Below are positions 63,081 through 64,000 of a stretch of DNA of 64,000 nt, one piece after another. Origin of the DNA: the human T2T-CHM13v2.0 reference genome, Homo sapiens; NCBI RefSeq assembly GCF_009914755.1, contig NC_060931.1. One strand, 5' to 3'. How positions within the stretch are numbered: the first letter of the stretch is position 1; the number at the start of each line of letters is the position of its first letter. The notes under the pieces are model-generated. The model saw only the letters and a program-made list of their open reading frames with translations. It was not told the origin of the DNA and searched no databases. The position numbers and the translations under genes were made by a program.

Positions 63081-63800
63081 ATGCTGTACATTGTTTTGCT
63101 GTTGTTACCCCCCCTAACTATGCTAGAAGAAGCACCTATAGAAGGATGTCCCCACTGTACACATACTACCTGGTCAGGGAACAGTATAACTAAAACTCTA
63201 TTGTGCCATACTTATTATGAGTGTACAAGGACTCGCTTAGGAACTTGTATTTATAATCAGACCTCCTACTCAATTTGTGACCCAGGAAATAACCAACCTT
63301 ATGTATGTTATGACACCAAGTTTTCACCTGGTAAATGGTTTGAAATCCATGCAGGGTCAAAGGACTGTTCCCTCTTAAACCAAACCAAGGTCCCTCCCTT
63401 TTACCTAGGGCCTATTTCTCTATATTTTGATGCTTGTCAGGTAGCATACCTAGACTCACCCGTCTGTCGTAACCTACCTTTAAAAAGAGACTATAAAAAT
63501 GACTACAAATATGTATGCAAGTCACCTCGTCCCCCTGGGACCCCAGAAAAAGATTGTCAGTATTGCATATCGTGGCACCCTAGCACACAACAAAGGCCAA
63601 TTATGCTTACCAAAATGATGGTAAAACCAGATTGTAAAACAAAAACCTGTGATCCTATAAATTTCACCATTCTAAGGCCAAACCTACCCATGTGGACTGC
63701 AGGTTACCCCACACATGTCTACATACACACATACCCAGCAACCTACCTATATGTTATCAAAAAGGAAACCCGGACCCATCTGGCCCAGCAACAATTCTGA
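63081..63800 (+). CDS. env: Truncated ERV3-like Env: signal peptide plus N-terminal SU, 239 aa; expression unknown
   Basis: MLYIVLLLLPPLTML signal, GCPHCTHTTWSGN, YVCYD, WFEIH, LLNQTKV, SLYFD match recalled ERV3-1 Env; ends at premature TGA. Confidence 0.55.
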   Translation: MLYIVLLLLPPLTMLEEAPIEGCPHCTHTTWSGNSITKTLLCHTYYECTRTRLGTCIYNQTSYSICDPGNNQPYVCYDTKFSPGKWFEIHAGSKDCSLLNQTKVPPFYLGPISLYFDACQVAYLDSPVCRNLPLKRDYKNDYKYVCKSPRPPGTPEKDCQYCISWHPSTQQRPIMLTKMMVKPDCKTKTCDPINFTILRPNLPMWTAGYPTHVYIHTYPATYLYVIKKETRTHLAQQQF

Positions 63801-64000
63801 GTCTTTAAATCATTCTATAAGCATGTAGACTAAAAGTTACCAGAGCCTCCTCCTTTAACCAAAAACCTGTTTGCTCAGCTGGCTGAAAACATTGCTGGCA
63901 GCCTAGGCATTTCCTCATGTTATGTTTGTGGAGGAACTAACATGGGAGACCAATGGCCTTAGGAAGCAAAAAAGTTAATGCCACAAAATTATTTTACTCT
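63801..64000 (+). pseudogene. env: env continuation with in-frame stops
   Basis: [32 protein letters not shown]; stops at 63831 and 63960. Confidence 0.9.

Noticed and set aside
63066-64000. Identification as ERV3-1 itself or a syncytin
   Set aside because: Diverged from recalled ERV3-1, with premature stops and no ATG at the ERV3-1 start position

Overview
Primate (almost certainly human) genomic DNA, very Alu-dense, with no convincing cellular protein-coding exon. A CpG-island promoter (~36.2-37.7 kb) drives a minus-strand gene: first exon donor at 36681/36680 and a 102-bp second exon at 1984-1883, about 34.7 kb downstream. The layout matches my recollection of the DENND2A 5' end, which is unverified. 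From ~51.74 kb to the window end lies a decayed gammaretrovirus-like ERV3/HERV-R-family element (+ strand; tRNA-Arg PBS, gag, pro-pol, env) interrupted by four Alus and a rearranged twin-primed L1PA. Also present are RNY1 and 7SL retropseudogenes, solo LTRs, DNA-transposon relics and a (CAC)n tract. Most interesting: the ERV has almost no 5' LTR and starts just after an L1-endonuclease site (possible L1-made retrocopy); it keeps a 239-aa signal-peptide, SU-only Env ORF; it shows a G-to-A hypermutation signature; the L1 carries a 239-bp inverted copy of its own inversion junction and a ~29-bp micro-L1; and the host gene leader has an exon-spanning uORF. I see no evidence of a wholly new multi-gene system. 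Repeat boundaries and subfamily names were judged by eye and are approximate.
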